Positions 13,626 to 26,447 of a DNA stretch of 64,000 bases are shown piece after piece. The notes below the pieces were generated by a model. The model had not been told where the DNA came from. It searched no databases and worked only from the letters and a program-made list of their open reading frames with translations. Each line of letters opens with the position of its first letter. The stretch's first letter is position 1. The stretch is from Octopus sinensis. Lineage: Eukaryota. Both the position numbers and the translations under genes were made by a program. The DNA is taken from positions 61,020,464-61,084,463 of the forward strand of contig NC_043011.1 in assembly GCF_006345805.1 (NCBI RefSeq), read 5' to 3'.

Positions 13626-14172
13626 ACTTACAAACGTGTGAGTTCTGTCTATATATATATATGGTAGCATGTTTTACGATATTTTGCGATCTAAATTTAG
13701 ATTTACTGCCGTGCAAGCAGTTCCTGCTAATTTACGGCATCCGGTCAAGTGACTGTTTTGTATTTGCGTACCATTTCTCCGCTTTTTTTCTTCCGTCCTT
13801 GTTTTCGTATACATTCGCTGATTTCTTCCAAGGAATCTAGTGCTCTTAGCTTAGTTGTTCCTTGCGGCTGGCAAGATTGGCGCAATCTCGAGTATAACCA
13901 GCCGAAATTGCAAAGATAATCTGGAACTCAACTGAGGAAAAAGAATCCGAATAACCCGCCCTTTTTTTTGTCCCTTTTTGTATCATCTAAATGTCTGGAT
14001 GTATTGCGTTCTTGTCCCATTTTTTGCATTCCGTTATACACACATACACACACACACACACACACACGCACACACACGCACATTTATTTGCGAGTGTGTA
14101 TATAACTGTATCATTCTCTCTGTCTCTCTCTCTCTATATATATGTATATATATGTATATATATGTATATGTA

Positions 14173-14460
14173 TCTCTCTATATATAAAACTGAGAATGTG
14201 TGTCTGTCTGTCTGTCTGTCTGTGTGTTTCCCTAAAACTTGAGAACTACTCAACCAATTTCATTCAAATTTTACATATGCCTTACTTAAGGTCCGGGGAG
14301 TATCATCGGCAAAAAAAACTCTTAACTTTTTTCCTAGAACGACCCCACAGCAATATCATATCTTCTCGACTATTTCAGTAGTACGTGTTAAAAGTGAAAC
14401 AAAAACATCTCTCTATTGTAATGCGGACATTCACTTTAATACTGAAACTATTAAAGTGAA
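14173..14460 (+). mobile_element. Probable Helitron-type non-autonomous element, 5' part
   Basis: A|TCTCTCTATATATAAAACTGAGAATGTGTGTCTGTC start resembles the 5' end of 42036. No 3' hairpin or CTAG found. Confidence 0.35.
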
Positions 14461-14899
14461 AGTATTATATAAGAGGGATGAACCATTAACACTGGTCATC
14501 CATTTTGCTAGAAGAAGATCCGCTTTGGTCTTATATGCTACACCACTGGTTTTAAATCCATATTAAATTAATATTCAATTTTTCACCCTTATTATGTGTG
14601 TGTGTATTAGCAATTCGTATAAAATTGCATCAATGACTTGAACTTGAATAAGTGGTTTCACATAAATGGGGATAAATGAAAAAGGTTTGTTGTTATTATT
14701 ATTACTGTTTGACTATTGTAATCACGTTCGTTGGTTCCTCGTCAGGGAACGTTGTTGTGTTGCATTTGTTAAATAATTGTAAACCGTAAACCTCCCTCTT
14801 TCGGAGAAGTGGCTTTGGTTATTGTTTAAAAACTGAATTGTGTCCCTGTTTGGGGAAATTGACAATATTTTCACCGTCTTTACGTCTTGTTAAAATACC

Positions 14900-15255
14900 T
14901 TCGATAGAAGAAAGTCCAAAAATGAATTTCGCTGCAGACGTACACTTCTATACAAGAGGGACCACAAGATCCAATTGATCGAAATTGCAAGAGACGGGCC
15001 TACAATTCCAGTCTGTTATGTATTTTGAGTATTGTTATCACTAGCGATATCAAGATATAACTTGGACTCCACCTGTACTTGCTTGCAATGATTAATTCCT
15101 GACAGCATGAGACTTTCGGGCCATTAGACGTTGGAGAAGTTGAAAACACCCATAAGAAATATGCTCCCATGGTGTTCCAGATTCATGAGGATTTCTTTAA
15201 TTCTTGTGAGGCAAACTTCAAACTTGCCCATGTGATTTGGAGCATCCGGTGGGCA

Positions 15256-15257
<2 letters not shown>
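14900..15257 (-). pseudogene. Decayed LINE apurinic-like endonuclease fragment
   Basis: Minus strand reads [36 protein letters not shown], resembling the APE motifs YRPP and MGDFN. Confidence 0.55.
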
Positions 15258-15259
<2 letters not shown>

Positions 15260-15287
<28 letters not shown>

Positions 15288-15306
15288 GGATATATATCTA
15301 TATAGA

Positions 15307-15346
<40 letters not shown>

Positions 15347-15386
15347 ATATATATCTATATATATATATTATATATATATATATATC

Positions 15387-15420
<34 letters not shown>

Positions 15421-15496
15421 CATTATTATTATTTTATTATTATTATTATTAATATATATATACATATATATATTATATTATATTATCATATTATTA

Positions 15497-15538
<42 letters not shown>

Positions 15539-15771
15539 TTATATATATATAGATTAAAGCAATTAAGATTCAAATGAGGTCTATTGAATTCACAAGAATA
15601 TGGTACTTGACTTGGATGCACCAGAAATCTATATGGTGTTAACCATACGATAAAGTGGGGTGATGAGTACGAGCCATCTATATTTACTGCAATTTTCGTA
15701 GCCTTATTAAAGATGTCTTTGTACGAAACAATTGTACTGATATTTTGATCCATTCTTGTTGCTTTTTTCCT

Positions 15772-15814
<43 letters not shown>

Positions 15815-15867
15815 TATATATATATAGATAGATAGATAGATAGATAGATATCTATATAGATATATAT

Positions 15868-15927
<60 letters not shown>

Positions 15928-16235
15928 TATATATATATAGATATATATAGATATATATATATATATATATATATATATGGATAGATATATATATGTGGAT
16001 ATATATATGGATATATATATATATGTATATATATACATATACATATACATATTCATATATATATACATATATATATACATATATACATACATATTATATA
16101 CATATATAATATGCATATACATATATATATATATACATATATACATATACATATATATACATATATACATATGCATATACATATATATATATATTATATA
16201 TACATACATACACATTTATATATATATATATACAA

Positions 16236-16267
<32 letters not shown>

Positions 16268-16482
16268 ACATACATATATATATATATATATATACATACA
16301 TATACATATATGTATATATATGTACATACATATACATATATATATACATATACATATATATATATATACGTACATATACATATATATATACATACATATA
16401 CATATATATACATATATATATATATATATGTATATACATATATATACATATGTATACATATATATATATATGTATATATATA
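15260..16482. repeat. (TA)n/(TACATA)n field around a unique insert at ~15550-15775
   Basis: Directly visible. Confidence 0.9.
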
Positions 16483-17383
16483 TTTTTTTTCTTCTAGTTT
16501 CAGCTCAGAGTTGCGGCCATGCTGATGCACCGCCGTTTTGTGGTACACTGTTATTGCGACGAACCTCGTCGAATATGTGGCACTTGGTGAAGAATGGAGT
16601 TTGATACAGCTACTCTCATTTGCACCTCTTGCCGTGAGGTAGGTTCATCTGGGAATCTCGACAGGAAGATGTCCAGCTTTGATTTAAAACCGCTACATCT
16701 ACTTTGTGCAAGTTCCTCAGACTCTTTGGGAGAATATTAAAAAGCTGTGGGCCCTTGAAACCCAGGCTGTTGCAGAAGCTGGTCCTGAAGCGTGATGGCA
16801 TTGCTGGGATCTTTGGCAATATGCAGTGTCGTCCCGTTCAAGCATTGGTGTAACTTACAATGCCAAAATTTGGCAAATTTCTTCCAGGATCTTCCAGACA
16901 TATATTACTGCATACCCCTCCCGTCTTCTCTCGATATCCAGGTCCCTGACAGACTTAGGCTCTGGGATTGAAATTCCCTGTGGACCGGTGTATCCTGTAA
17001 GTTTAATATACAGTTTTGGATGCTGGTAGCGCAGGGCCTGGAATTCTTCAGCATTAAACTGCATATTATTATCCTCAGCCCATCTGTAGATTGAGTCCAA
17101 CTCCTGCTGCAGGTGTGCAACATCGCTGGGGTTCTGTATTTTCTGCGAGACTTTTGTATCGTCTGCATAGCGGGCCAGGGTGGCTATCCGGGCATTTGAG
17201 GGCATATCTGAGAGGGCCACTATAAAAAGCAGTGGTCCCAAGACAGTGCCCTGTGGAACACCGCTCACTATTTGTGTGTTCATAGAGGTGGCTCCATTAA
17301 CCACTACTGCCTGACTCCTATCTTTCATGAAGTCATGCAACCACACTCCAAGTTTTCCAGCTATGCCGAGGTCACGCAGTTTG
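16483..17383 (-). mobile_element. CR1/L2-type LINE, RT fragment with an internal deletion plus the 3' end
   Basis: [20 protein letters not shown], then SLGFKGPQLFNILP..LDIFL. The 3' end GGCGGTGCATCAGCATGGCCGCAACTCTGAGCTGAAAC is followed by an A-rich tail. Confidence 0.85.
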
Positions 17384-17582
17384 TGTAAGCTACACCAATG
17401 CTTGAACGGGACGACACTGCATAGTTCCAAAGATCCCAGCAATGCCATCACGCTTCAGGACCAGCTTCTGCAACAGCCTGGGTTTCAAGGGCCCACAACT
17501 TTTTAATATTCTCCCAAAGTGTCTGAGGAACTTGCACAAAGAAGATGTAGTGGTTTTTAAATCAAAGCTGGACATCTTCCTG
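17384..17582 (+). mobile_element. Inverted duplicate of LINE segment 16662-16860
   Basis: Reverse complement of 16662-16860 with a few substitutions (MPSRFRTSFCNSLGFKGPQLFNILPK on both strands). Confidence 0.9.
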
Positions 17583-18178
17583 GGCGACATTGGGGTGACT
17601 GTACACAGCTACTGGCCCACAGTCGACGCTATGGCGACCAGAGCTCGTTCTGGGAGACAATGGGGCGACTGTACACAGTTACCGGCCCATAGTCGACTGT
17701 ATGGTGACCGGAGCTCGCTTTGGGCGACATTGGGGCGATTGTAGACAGTTACCGGCCCACAGTCGACGCTATGGCGACCAGAGCTCGCTCTGGGCGACAA
17801 TGGGGCGACTGTACACAGTTACCGGCCCACAGTCGACGCTATGGCGACCAGAGCTCGTTCTGGGCGACAATGGGGCGACTGTACACAGTTACCGGCCCAC
17901 AGTCGACTGTATGGTGACCGGAGCTCGCTTTGGGCGACATTGGGGCGACTGTAGACAGTTACCGGCCCACAGTCGACGCTATGGCGACCAGAGCTCGCTC
18001 TGGGCCATATTGAGGCGACTGTACACAGTTACCGGCCCACAGTCGACGCTATGGCGACCAGAGCTCGCTCTGGGCGACATTGGGGCGACTGTACACAGCT
18101 ACCGGCCCACAGTCGACGCTATGGCGACCAGAGCTCGCTCTGGGCCATATTGAGGCGACTGTACACAGCTACTGGCCC
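17581..18178 (+). repeat. 70-bp GC-rich minisatellite, ~8.5 units, with a 210-bp higher-order repeat
   Basis: Units start at 17581, 17651, ... 18141. Unit 8 is 45/70 GC. Diagnostic variants repeat in units 1/4, 2/5, 3/6 and 7/9. Confidence 0.95.
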
Positions 18179-18249
18179 TTAAGCTGACGAAATACCGTTA
18201 TGCATTTTGTCAGTCGAGGAGTGTAAATAATAATAGTTGGCATAAATTC

Positions 18250-19080
18250 TGGTTCTTGGGCGGATGACTTGTCTTAATGTCAGCATCTTATACTTTTCAC
18301 ATGGTGACCTCATCAATGTTGCAATGTTTTAATAAACTCCACCATGTTGCAATGCGAATTCTTACAGACTGTACTAACCATATTTTTCATAAGCCATTCT
18401 AGACTAACCTAGAAGATTGCTTTGGGCTACATGCTTTGATTGTGAGGTGGTTATGAAGAAATATATCTAAAAGTATGACTTTTCTTAGTTATCTTGGCTG
18501 AGACAGTTGTGAAGCACTTTTGCTGCCCTGAGGTTGATAGAATAAAATTAGAGGAACGTCGATCTGTTCTGTTGAGTTTCGAAAGTGGCAGCGCTCTGTT
18601 TTATGTAGTTGTTTTTCACGTAAAGTTGGATATATAACTGTCAATGTGTATTTTAATAATAGTTTGGTAAAGGCTGTTTTTTCTCTTACGAATATGTGCT
18701 CGGTATAAAATGGGTTTGTCTGTTAATCATATATAAATTTCGTAAAAGCTTGGCTTGTTGTTGATGAAAATGAGTGTTTGAGGAAAATAATCGATGCTGA
18801 GATTTCGATAATGAAGAGGTATTGTGAATATTAAACTTACCAAGGATGATGGTTTTTGAGAGAATTATATCAGGCTTCTTGACGCAAAGCGATGGACAGC
18901 TTAGGATTTTTCCTTTGCTGAAGGAGTTTGTGAAGCAGAATTAGAGATAGCAGATGAATTATGGCGGAAATTGTGTGTGACGATAAGTAACTAGAAGTGT
19001 TTGTCGCAGATAGATAAAAGAAGCGAATGGTGGGCGAAGATTGATTCTACGTACAGACAAATTTATCTTTAAGAGCGAAG
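18250..19080 (-). pseudogene. Heavily decayed LINE C-terminal region
   Basis: Minus strand gives ILYRAHIRK (cf. LYKAHIRP) and DVPLILFY, resembling Jockey-group RT C-termini. Many stops. Confidence 0.35.
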
Positions 19081-19090
19081 TTGAAATATA

Positions 19091-19252
19091 CGCGCAGGCG
19101 TGGCTTTGTGCTAAGATGTTTGTTTTCCAGCCACATGGTTCGGGGTTCAGTCCCACAGCGTGGCACCTTGGGCAAGTGTTCTCTACTCTAGCCTCGGGAC
19201 GACAATAGCCTTGTGAGTTGATGTGGTAGAGGGAAACTGAAAGAACCCCTTC

Positions 19253-19284
<32 letters not shown>

Positions 19285-19490
19285 GTGCGTGTGTGTGTGT
19301 GTATTTGTTTGTCCTCCGCCACCCTTTGACAACCGGTCTTGGTGTGTAACTTAGCGATTCACCAAAAGTCATTGATATATTAAGTACAAGGCATAAAATA
19401 AGTACTGAGGTCATTTCGTTCGACAATAATTTTTCAAGCCGGTGCCCCATCATGGCCACACTCTAATGACAGAGACAAGTGAGTAGTAAA
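19091..19490 (+). mobile_element. tRNA-derived SINE family B (CORE-like CCTTGGGCAAGT motif)
   Basis: A-box-like GGCTTTGTGCTAAG, B-box-like GGTTCAGTCC, GGCACCTTGGGCAAGTG, internal TA/TG repeat and the family B tail. Confidence 0.8.
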
Positions 19491-19555
19491 GCCTAAAAGT
19501 TATAGAAGGTAATCGCTTTAATCGAGAAGAATTAAATATAAGGAGTTAAAAATTT

Positions 19556-19787
19556 ATTTCTTTATTGCCAACAAGGGGCTAAACATAGAGGGGACAAACA
19601 AGGACAGACACACGGATTAAGTTGATTACATCGACCCCAGTGCATAAATGGTACTTATTTAATCGACTCCGAAAGGATGAAAGGCAAAGTCGACCTCGGT
19701 GGAATTTGAACTCATAACGTAAAGACAGACGAAATACTGCTAAGCATTTCTCCCGGCGTTCTAACGATTCTATCAGATCGCCGCCCT
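19556..19787 (-). mobile_element. SINE family A
   Basis: Reverse complement of the GGCGGCGA..GAGTTCAAATTCC..GTCGACTTTGCCTTTCATCC..TTAGCCCCTTG consensus. Confidence 0.85.
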
Positions 19788-19894
19788 CTAAGGAGTTTAA
19801 TATTAGCATGTTAGAGACGAACTGGATTTGCGTGAATCGCAAATCCAGTTCTTCTCTAAGAAATCAGAGATAGGATATTGTTCAGATTGAATTT

Positions 19895-20270
19895 CATGGT
19901 TGTGCGGTTAAGGAGTTCGCTTTCTAACCTCATGGTTTCGGGTTCCGTCCGATGACGCGACACCTTGCGTTCCTTCTGCTATTAGTATAGCCTCGGGTCA
20001 ACAAATGCTTTGTGGGGGAATTTGGTGGGCAGAAATTACATGAAGCCCGTCGTATATACGTGTGTGTGTGAGAGTGTGTTTGTTTTGTGTTTGTTCTCCC
20101 TACACTTGACAACCGGTATTGGCATGTTTACGACCCCATACCATAGCGGTTCGACAAAATAGTCACGCTTTAAAAGATTAAATACTAGGATGATCGAATT
20201 GGTCGGCTAAACCTCTCCAACGTGGTGGCCCATGATGGCTACAGTACAATAACTGAAACAAGTGAAAGAA
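19895..20270 (+). mobile_element. SINE family B, decayed
   Basis: TAGCCTCGGGTCAACAAA..GAAGCCCGTCGTATAT..CTTGACAACCGGT..ACTGAAACAAG. Confidence 0.75.
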
Positions 20271-21060
20271 GAATTATAAACTCTGAAGGAAAATCGTCTA
20301 ATGATTTGAACGTGTTTCGCGTTTGATTACATTCGATAGTTCATTAGATGGGCTTTAACAAATTTGACCAACCAGAGCAGATTTAGATTTTCGAGTGTAT
20401 ATCGATCGGCATCTTAATTTAATCATTCATCGACTGGAGCTGGAAGGAAGAAAACTGCAGGGTAGGAGAAAGATTAGTATTCACAACACAAGGTGTATTA
20501 TAATAAGAGAATGGACAACGGGAAGAATATTGCCATCTATTGTCGTTAGTCGAGGAGATAATTCAAATCAAAAGCAGCCAATCGAAATGGCCACCCGAGA
20601 AATTAACCAATCAAAAAGAGGATTCACCAAATTGGAAATCATCTGATTTGTTTAAGAATTCTATCCTTAGATATTTTCAATTATCAATCAATGTGAATTC
20701 TGTCATACAACTCGAAATCCAATTCGTACTTAGACATACTTGAGTAGGTGTGTATGTGCATGAGTATATGTGCATACACATACATACATACATACATACA
20801 TACATACATACATACATACATACATACATACATACATACATACATACATACATACATACTTATATACATTCATACATACATACTTATATACATTCATACA
20901 TACATACATACATACATACATACACACATACATACATACATACTTATATACATTCATACATACATACATACATACATACATACATACATACATACAAAAG
21001 AGTCTTGCTTTAAAAGATTAAGTACGCATTGATTAAGATTAAGGACGCTTGATGAGATCC

Positions 21061-21965
21061 GAGCGATTGATGTGAAAACCCGAAAACTACTAACAGACAT
21101 ACATTATTTCCACATAAACAGTGGTGTAGACCATCTCTGCCTAAAACGGAAACAAGGCGGCAGAGGCTTAACATCAATCCAAAATGCCTTTCAATGTCGC
21201 ATCATATCCCTTCAGCAACATCTTCTAACCACAAAGTGTCGAAGTGCATCCCTTGAGCAAGTTTGCATACATAAAGTTGATAACATCATAAGACTTGGAA
21301 GGCAGCTCCTTGAGCAACACTCTTTGCCTGATAACCTGGAATACATTCCCAAAGAAGTCGCACGACTCTACCGCAAGGTATCATCAGATGAAAGGATGAG
21401 CCAGTATGAGCATAAGACTATGCATGGATATTTCAGTAGAAAACTCCGAGATGATAGTAACATCGATCTTTAAAGCAGTTTATCATGAACCAATAGCCGG
21501 ATTACTACCTCCCACTTTGAAGGATATGCGTTTGCAATCCAGGAACAGAAAATATCAACCAAGTACCTGATGCAAAAAAGGGATAGAGATGTAGGAAAAG
21601 CCGTAAAATGTGACAACCAATGCAGACTTTGTGGAGTTCATACTGAAGATATCACCCACGTCATAAGCAGTTGTCCGAAAATGTCATCACGGTATAATCT
21701 ACCGATGATATTGTAGGCAGGACTCTCTATAATGAAATCCGTCGGAAGGATAATCCCGTGGAGAAAGAAATAAGAACCCACAATATGGTAGAAGCCATAA
21801 CCACTCATAACAGAAAGGAATACTGGTGGAATGTACCAGTGAAGACCTCAATAAAATGTAAACACAACAGACCTGATATAACGATTTGGGAAAGAGAAGA
21901 GAAATTCTGTACAGTTGTGGAAATTAGCTTCGGCTGATATACCTTCCAGCCTTCATCAGGAGTCT
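21061..21965 (+). mobile_element. R4/Dong-clade non-LTR fragment (thumb, CCHC finger, restriction-like endonuclease)
   Basis: KQGGRGLTSI, CRLCGVHTEDITHVISSCPKMS, WWNVPV, KHNRPDITIW..VVEIS; several stops. Confidence 0.8.
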
Positions 21966-21972
21966 TGGGCAA

Positions 21973-22066
21973 ATTATTATTATTATTATTATTATTATTC
22001 TGGTTACTGCCTGGAATCGAACTCGGAATCTTGGGGTTAGTAGCCCGCGCTCTTAACCACTACGCC
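21973..22066 (-). mobile_element. Short tRNA-derived SINE-like element with an (AAT)n tail
   Basis: Minus strand reads GGCGTAGTGGTTAAGAGCGCGGGCTACTAACCCCAAGATTCCGAGTTCGATTCCAGGCAGTAACCAG(AAT)n. A and B boxes are present; there is no acceptor stem. Confidence 0.7.
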
Positions 22067-24121
22067 AAATTTCCTTATCAAATGTCTGCCAGTTATATAC
22101 AACAATAGGAAATGAAATTGAAAGAGTCCATTTCCTATGAGTAATTTTAACGAGGTTTTATCGGAAGTTGCCATTAATAAAAAAGCATCACATTCTTTGG
22201 TGTTTCTTTTGTCACCTCTGAAAAGAAAGGACGAGAAACAGTTTATTTGTGTGTGACGTCATCAGCTAACGTTAACAATATCAAATAAAACAGGGAACCA
22301 GTTGACTTGTTGGTGTCGGCATTGCTTACGCAGCTGAGTGGAATTCCAATCACTTTTTACTTCCAATTAGAAGATAATTAATAAATATGAAGAAGAATGC
22401 AGCATGCATTTATCGTGTGCGTGTTTGTGTGTGCGATTGTGTGTGTGTGTGTGTGTTTAGCTGTATAAATGTGCGAGAGAGCGTGTGTGATTTTGTGTAT
22501 ATGTGTGAGAGTTTGTGTGTTTGTATGCGAGAGTGTGCTTGAGAGAGGAGTGTATGTGTGTGTGTAGTGGGGGGGGGGGCGTATGTGAGAGAGGGTGAGA
22601 CAGAAAAAGTGAATAAGAATGTGTTTGTTTGTGTGTGTGCGTGTATTTGCTTGTGTGAGAGAGAGTGTGTATGTATGTGTGTGTATTTGTGCTTGCGTGT
22701 GTCTGTGAGTGTTGCATGCGTGAGAGAGAGAGAGAAAGAGAGAGGTTGAGAAAGAACATGAGAGAGAGAGAGAGAGAAAGAGAGAGGTTGAGAAAGAACA
22801 TGAGAGAGAGAGAGAGAGAGAGAGACTGAGAGAGAGAGAGAGATCGGGTTCAAATGAAGTGACGGATATATAGAAAACTATAAGAATTCAAAACTCAAGC
22901 ACTCTGTATAGGCCGTTTCAAAGAATGTCTGCTATATTTCTGATATCTAATTAAAAGTAGGAACAATTTCAAATACAAAAGCCGGGAAGAAAAGTACATC
23001 TAAACTTCTTCGGTCGACACACAAGAAGTATTATTAGAGCTTGACAGTTGATAGGAGTTGCGAATATGGAAGCCACCGAGCTCGATAATTTCAAAGAGGA
23101 TTATGCAAGACAAACGTACTCGATGCCGGGCGAGAAGCAGCCGAAGGTTTACTTTTATCAGAGTGTGTGATTGTATGTATGTATGTATGTATGTATGTAT
23201 GTATGTATGTATGCGTGAATGTCTGTATGTATGTATGTATGCGTGAATGTCTGTATGCGTGCGTTTCGATTGTGTGATTCTGTGTTGGTGTACGTACCTA
23301 CATACATATAAACAAACATATGAACGCACACACTCAAATGGCTCCAGTGACACGGTGGAGAAGCTTTATTGTTAATACGTCCAATTACATCCATGCCTGC
23401 TGTGTTTGTTGCATCTAATTAAAAGAAGCAATAATTTCAATGATATCATTTACTTCAGAGAAATGCATGAAAGTCCATGCCATCAATCCACTAGTATTAC
23501 AAAAGGCCTTAAAATGCCTTTAGTTAATTAGAAGATATTTATCAAAGGCAAAACGAAAGATATTAAATCGGCTTAATAGATAGGGATTTCAAACCAACGG
23601 GAAACCACAACAGATTTGCTTAATCTGTCATTGAAGGACGCGCCCCTTCGTTGCCAGTAATGCTTTCACAAGGACATATTTAACTCTTTTGCTTTTAAAC
23701 TGGTCACATCAGGCCCAAATATACTGCCTGTTTTATGTTCAAACTAGCCATATTCGGCCTCTTGTAGCAACCCTACAATGTTATTCTAAAAATAAACAAT
23801 CTCATCCTCAAAGTCTCGTAGCTCGGAGATAATGCGTTGTTAATTCAAATCAATGTGAATGAAATACTACCACTGACAAAGTAACCTGAATTCTTATGGG
23901 TTAAGCTGCGATTTAGCCTAAATCGGGCGGTGTTCGTGTTGGAAAAGGGCTTACGTTCCCGGATCAGAGGAAAGGGAAGCAGTGCGTCGGAAATATATAT
24001 ATAGAAATTTTTACTACCTGTGGTCTAGCGTGTAGAAAATATTTAAACCCATTAAGAGGTATCTGTGAAAGGAATACTTTGACGGATACCTCTTATGTCT
24101 TTAAATGTACACTGTATTATA

Positions 24122-24653
<532 letters not shown>

Positions 24654-25231
24654 TGTGTGTGAGAGTGAGAGTGAGAGAGAGAGAGTGAGAGAGAGAGAGA
24701 GAAATAGGGTGCAAGGCCTGCTAAATAAGCCAGTTAGTCAAAGCCCTACTTAATTTCTAGACTTGAGAATATCTGCTGACAGGTAATACCCTACTCTGAC
24801 ACTGCTACTTCAGTCGTCGAAGTTTTGGACATCACAGGAATGGTACTTGTTTACTGATTACCAATAGCAGATCTATTTCGATCTAATCTGCAGTGTAGAC
24901 CTGCTTGTAATAATAGCCAAATAACTAAAATGTCGTACACTACCGTGCTATATGAAGAGGACCATATTGAAGGATGTACATACTGAAATTAGTCAGGAAC
25001 AAAACCAAAAACAAACTAGTGGAATGGCCTCAACTCAAATGCTTTTGGTATTAAGCCTGCTTGTTTAAGGTAGATATGAGTTTATGTTCCCTCGCCGTCT
25101 AATGAAACTAACAGAACTGTTTAGGCGTATTCGAAACAGCTGTCGGTTTACAATCTCTAAATTTTCATTTAAAATGGTTTCCGTTACAGCTTTCACTTTC
25201 TAAAACTTAGGTCTCATGTAAGCGCCATGTC

Positions 25232-25314
<83 letters not shown>

Positions 25315-25319
25315 GTCTG

Positions 25320-25358
<39 letters not shown>

Positions 25359-25503
25359 CTATCTATCTATCTATCAATCCATCTATTCATCTATCCATCT
25401 ATGTATGTATGTATGTATCTAATTATCTAACTATTTGTTGGTCATCCCACCGCTCTCTATCTCTCTCATTGTTTGTCTTTGTTTGTTGTCTCTTTCTCTA
25501 TTC

Positions 25504-25576
<73 letters not shown>

Positions 25577-25700
25577 TATATATATATATATATATATAAT
25601 ATATATATATATATGTATAAGGGTGAAAAGGAACACACGAGTTGATATATATGAAAAAACAAGTAAAATAGAAAATGCTAAAATAATTTTATAGTGAACA

Positions 25701-25744
25701 TTTCAGTACCGGTTTCGGTCATTTTGAGACCTTTTCAACTGTAA
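25701..25744 (-). ncRNA. Minimal type I hammerhead ribozyme, U3-A8 variant
   Basis: TTACAG-TTGAAAA-GGTC(TCAAAAT)GACC-GAA-ACCGGT-A-CTGAAA: stem I, core, 4-bp stem II, palindromic stem III, GUA triplet. Confidence 0.7.
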
Positions 25745-26447
25745 CGATTAAATAATTAAATTTAGAAAAATTAGAAGAAAAGTTTTCTTAAAAGAATATT
25801 CTATAGTAGTGTTCAGATTTAAGTGGCATTCTGCCTTTCTCTGACTCCCTTGTTTGCACTTGTGTGTTCGAGGTAGTTGTGAGTTCTTGGTAGGGTAGTA
25901 GAGGGAAGGCTGGTGAGGAAAGGGGGTGGGAGAATCTGGGAGTGCCCTGATGGTCGTATTTTGAATGGTCAGTGGCGGCTGGCAGTCTCAGTTCAATTCA
26001 GGAGAATATTTATATTGACAGGCTTGTGTATAGAATTAGCGTAGGTGTTATACTAAAAAACATTAGTGACGAAGTTAAGGGGTAGGGGGTGGAGAAGTAG
26101 AAGAAGAAGAAGAAGAAGAAGAAGAAGAAGAAGAAGGAGAAGGAGAAGGAGAAGATGATGGTGATGGTGGTGATGATTATGACGATGATGATGATGATAA
26201 CGATGATGATGAAGAAGAAGAAGGAGGAGAAGGAGAAGATGGTGGTGATGATGGTGGCGATGATGATGACGCCGATGATGATGATAACGATGATGATGAA
26301 GAAGAAGAAGAAGAAAAAAACAGAGAAGGGAGAATATGAATGGGTGTAAATATAGCTATGAAGGGGCTGATTAGTAATGGATTCTATGGAGTGTAGTATT
26401 TGTGTGTGTATATATATTTTTTTCTTTTATTCTAAAGTTGAGGTATA

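Noticed and set aside
13925-13960. HHR-like CTGAGGA..CCGAATA
   Set aside because: No stem II, GAAA broken and no palindrome; at most a very old remnant.
15550-15775. Unique insert between (TA)n tracts, considered as part of the LINE endonuclease
   Set aside because: No APE motif could be recognised in any frame.
17581-18178. CRISPR array
   Set aside because: Contiguous 70-bp units with no unique spacers, no cas genes, and a eukaryotic context.
20283-20320. CTGAAGG-A-AAATC..GATTT-GAAC
   Set aside because: Good stem II, but the core and GAAA are mutated and there is no stem I.
21998-22066. Functional tRNA gene
   Set aside because: No acceptor stem, and it is followed by an (AAT)n retroposon tail. 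The SINE heads elsewhere are likewise not tRNA genes.
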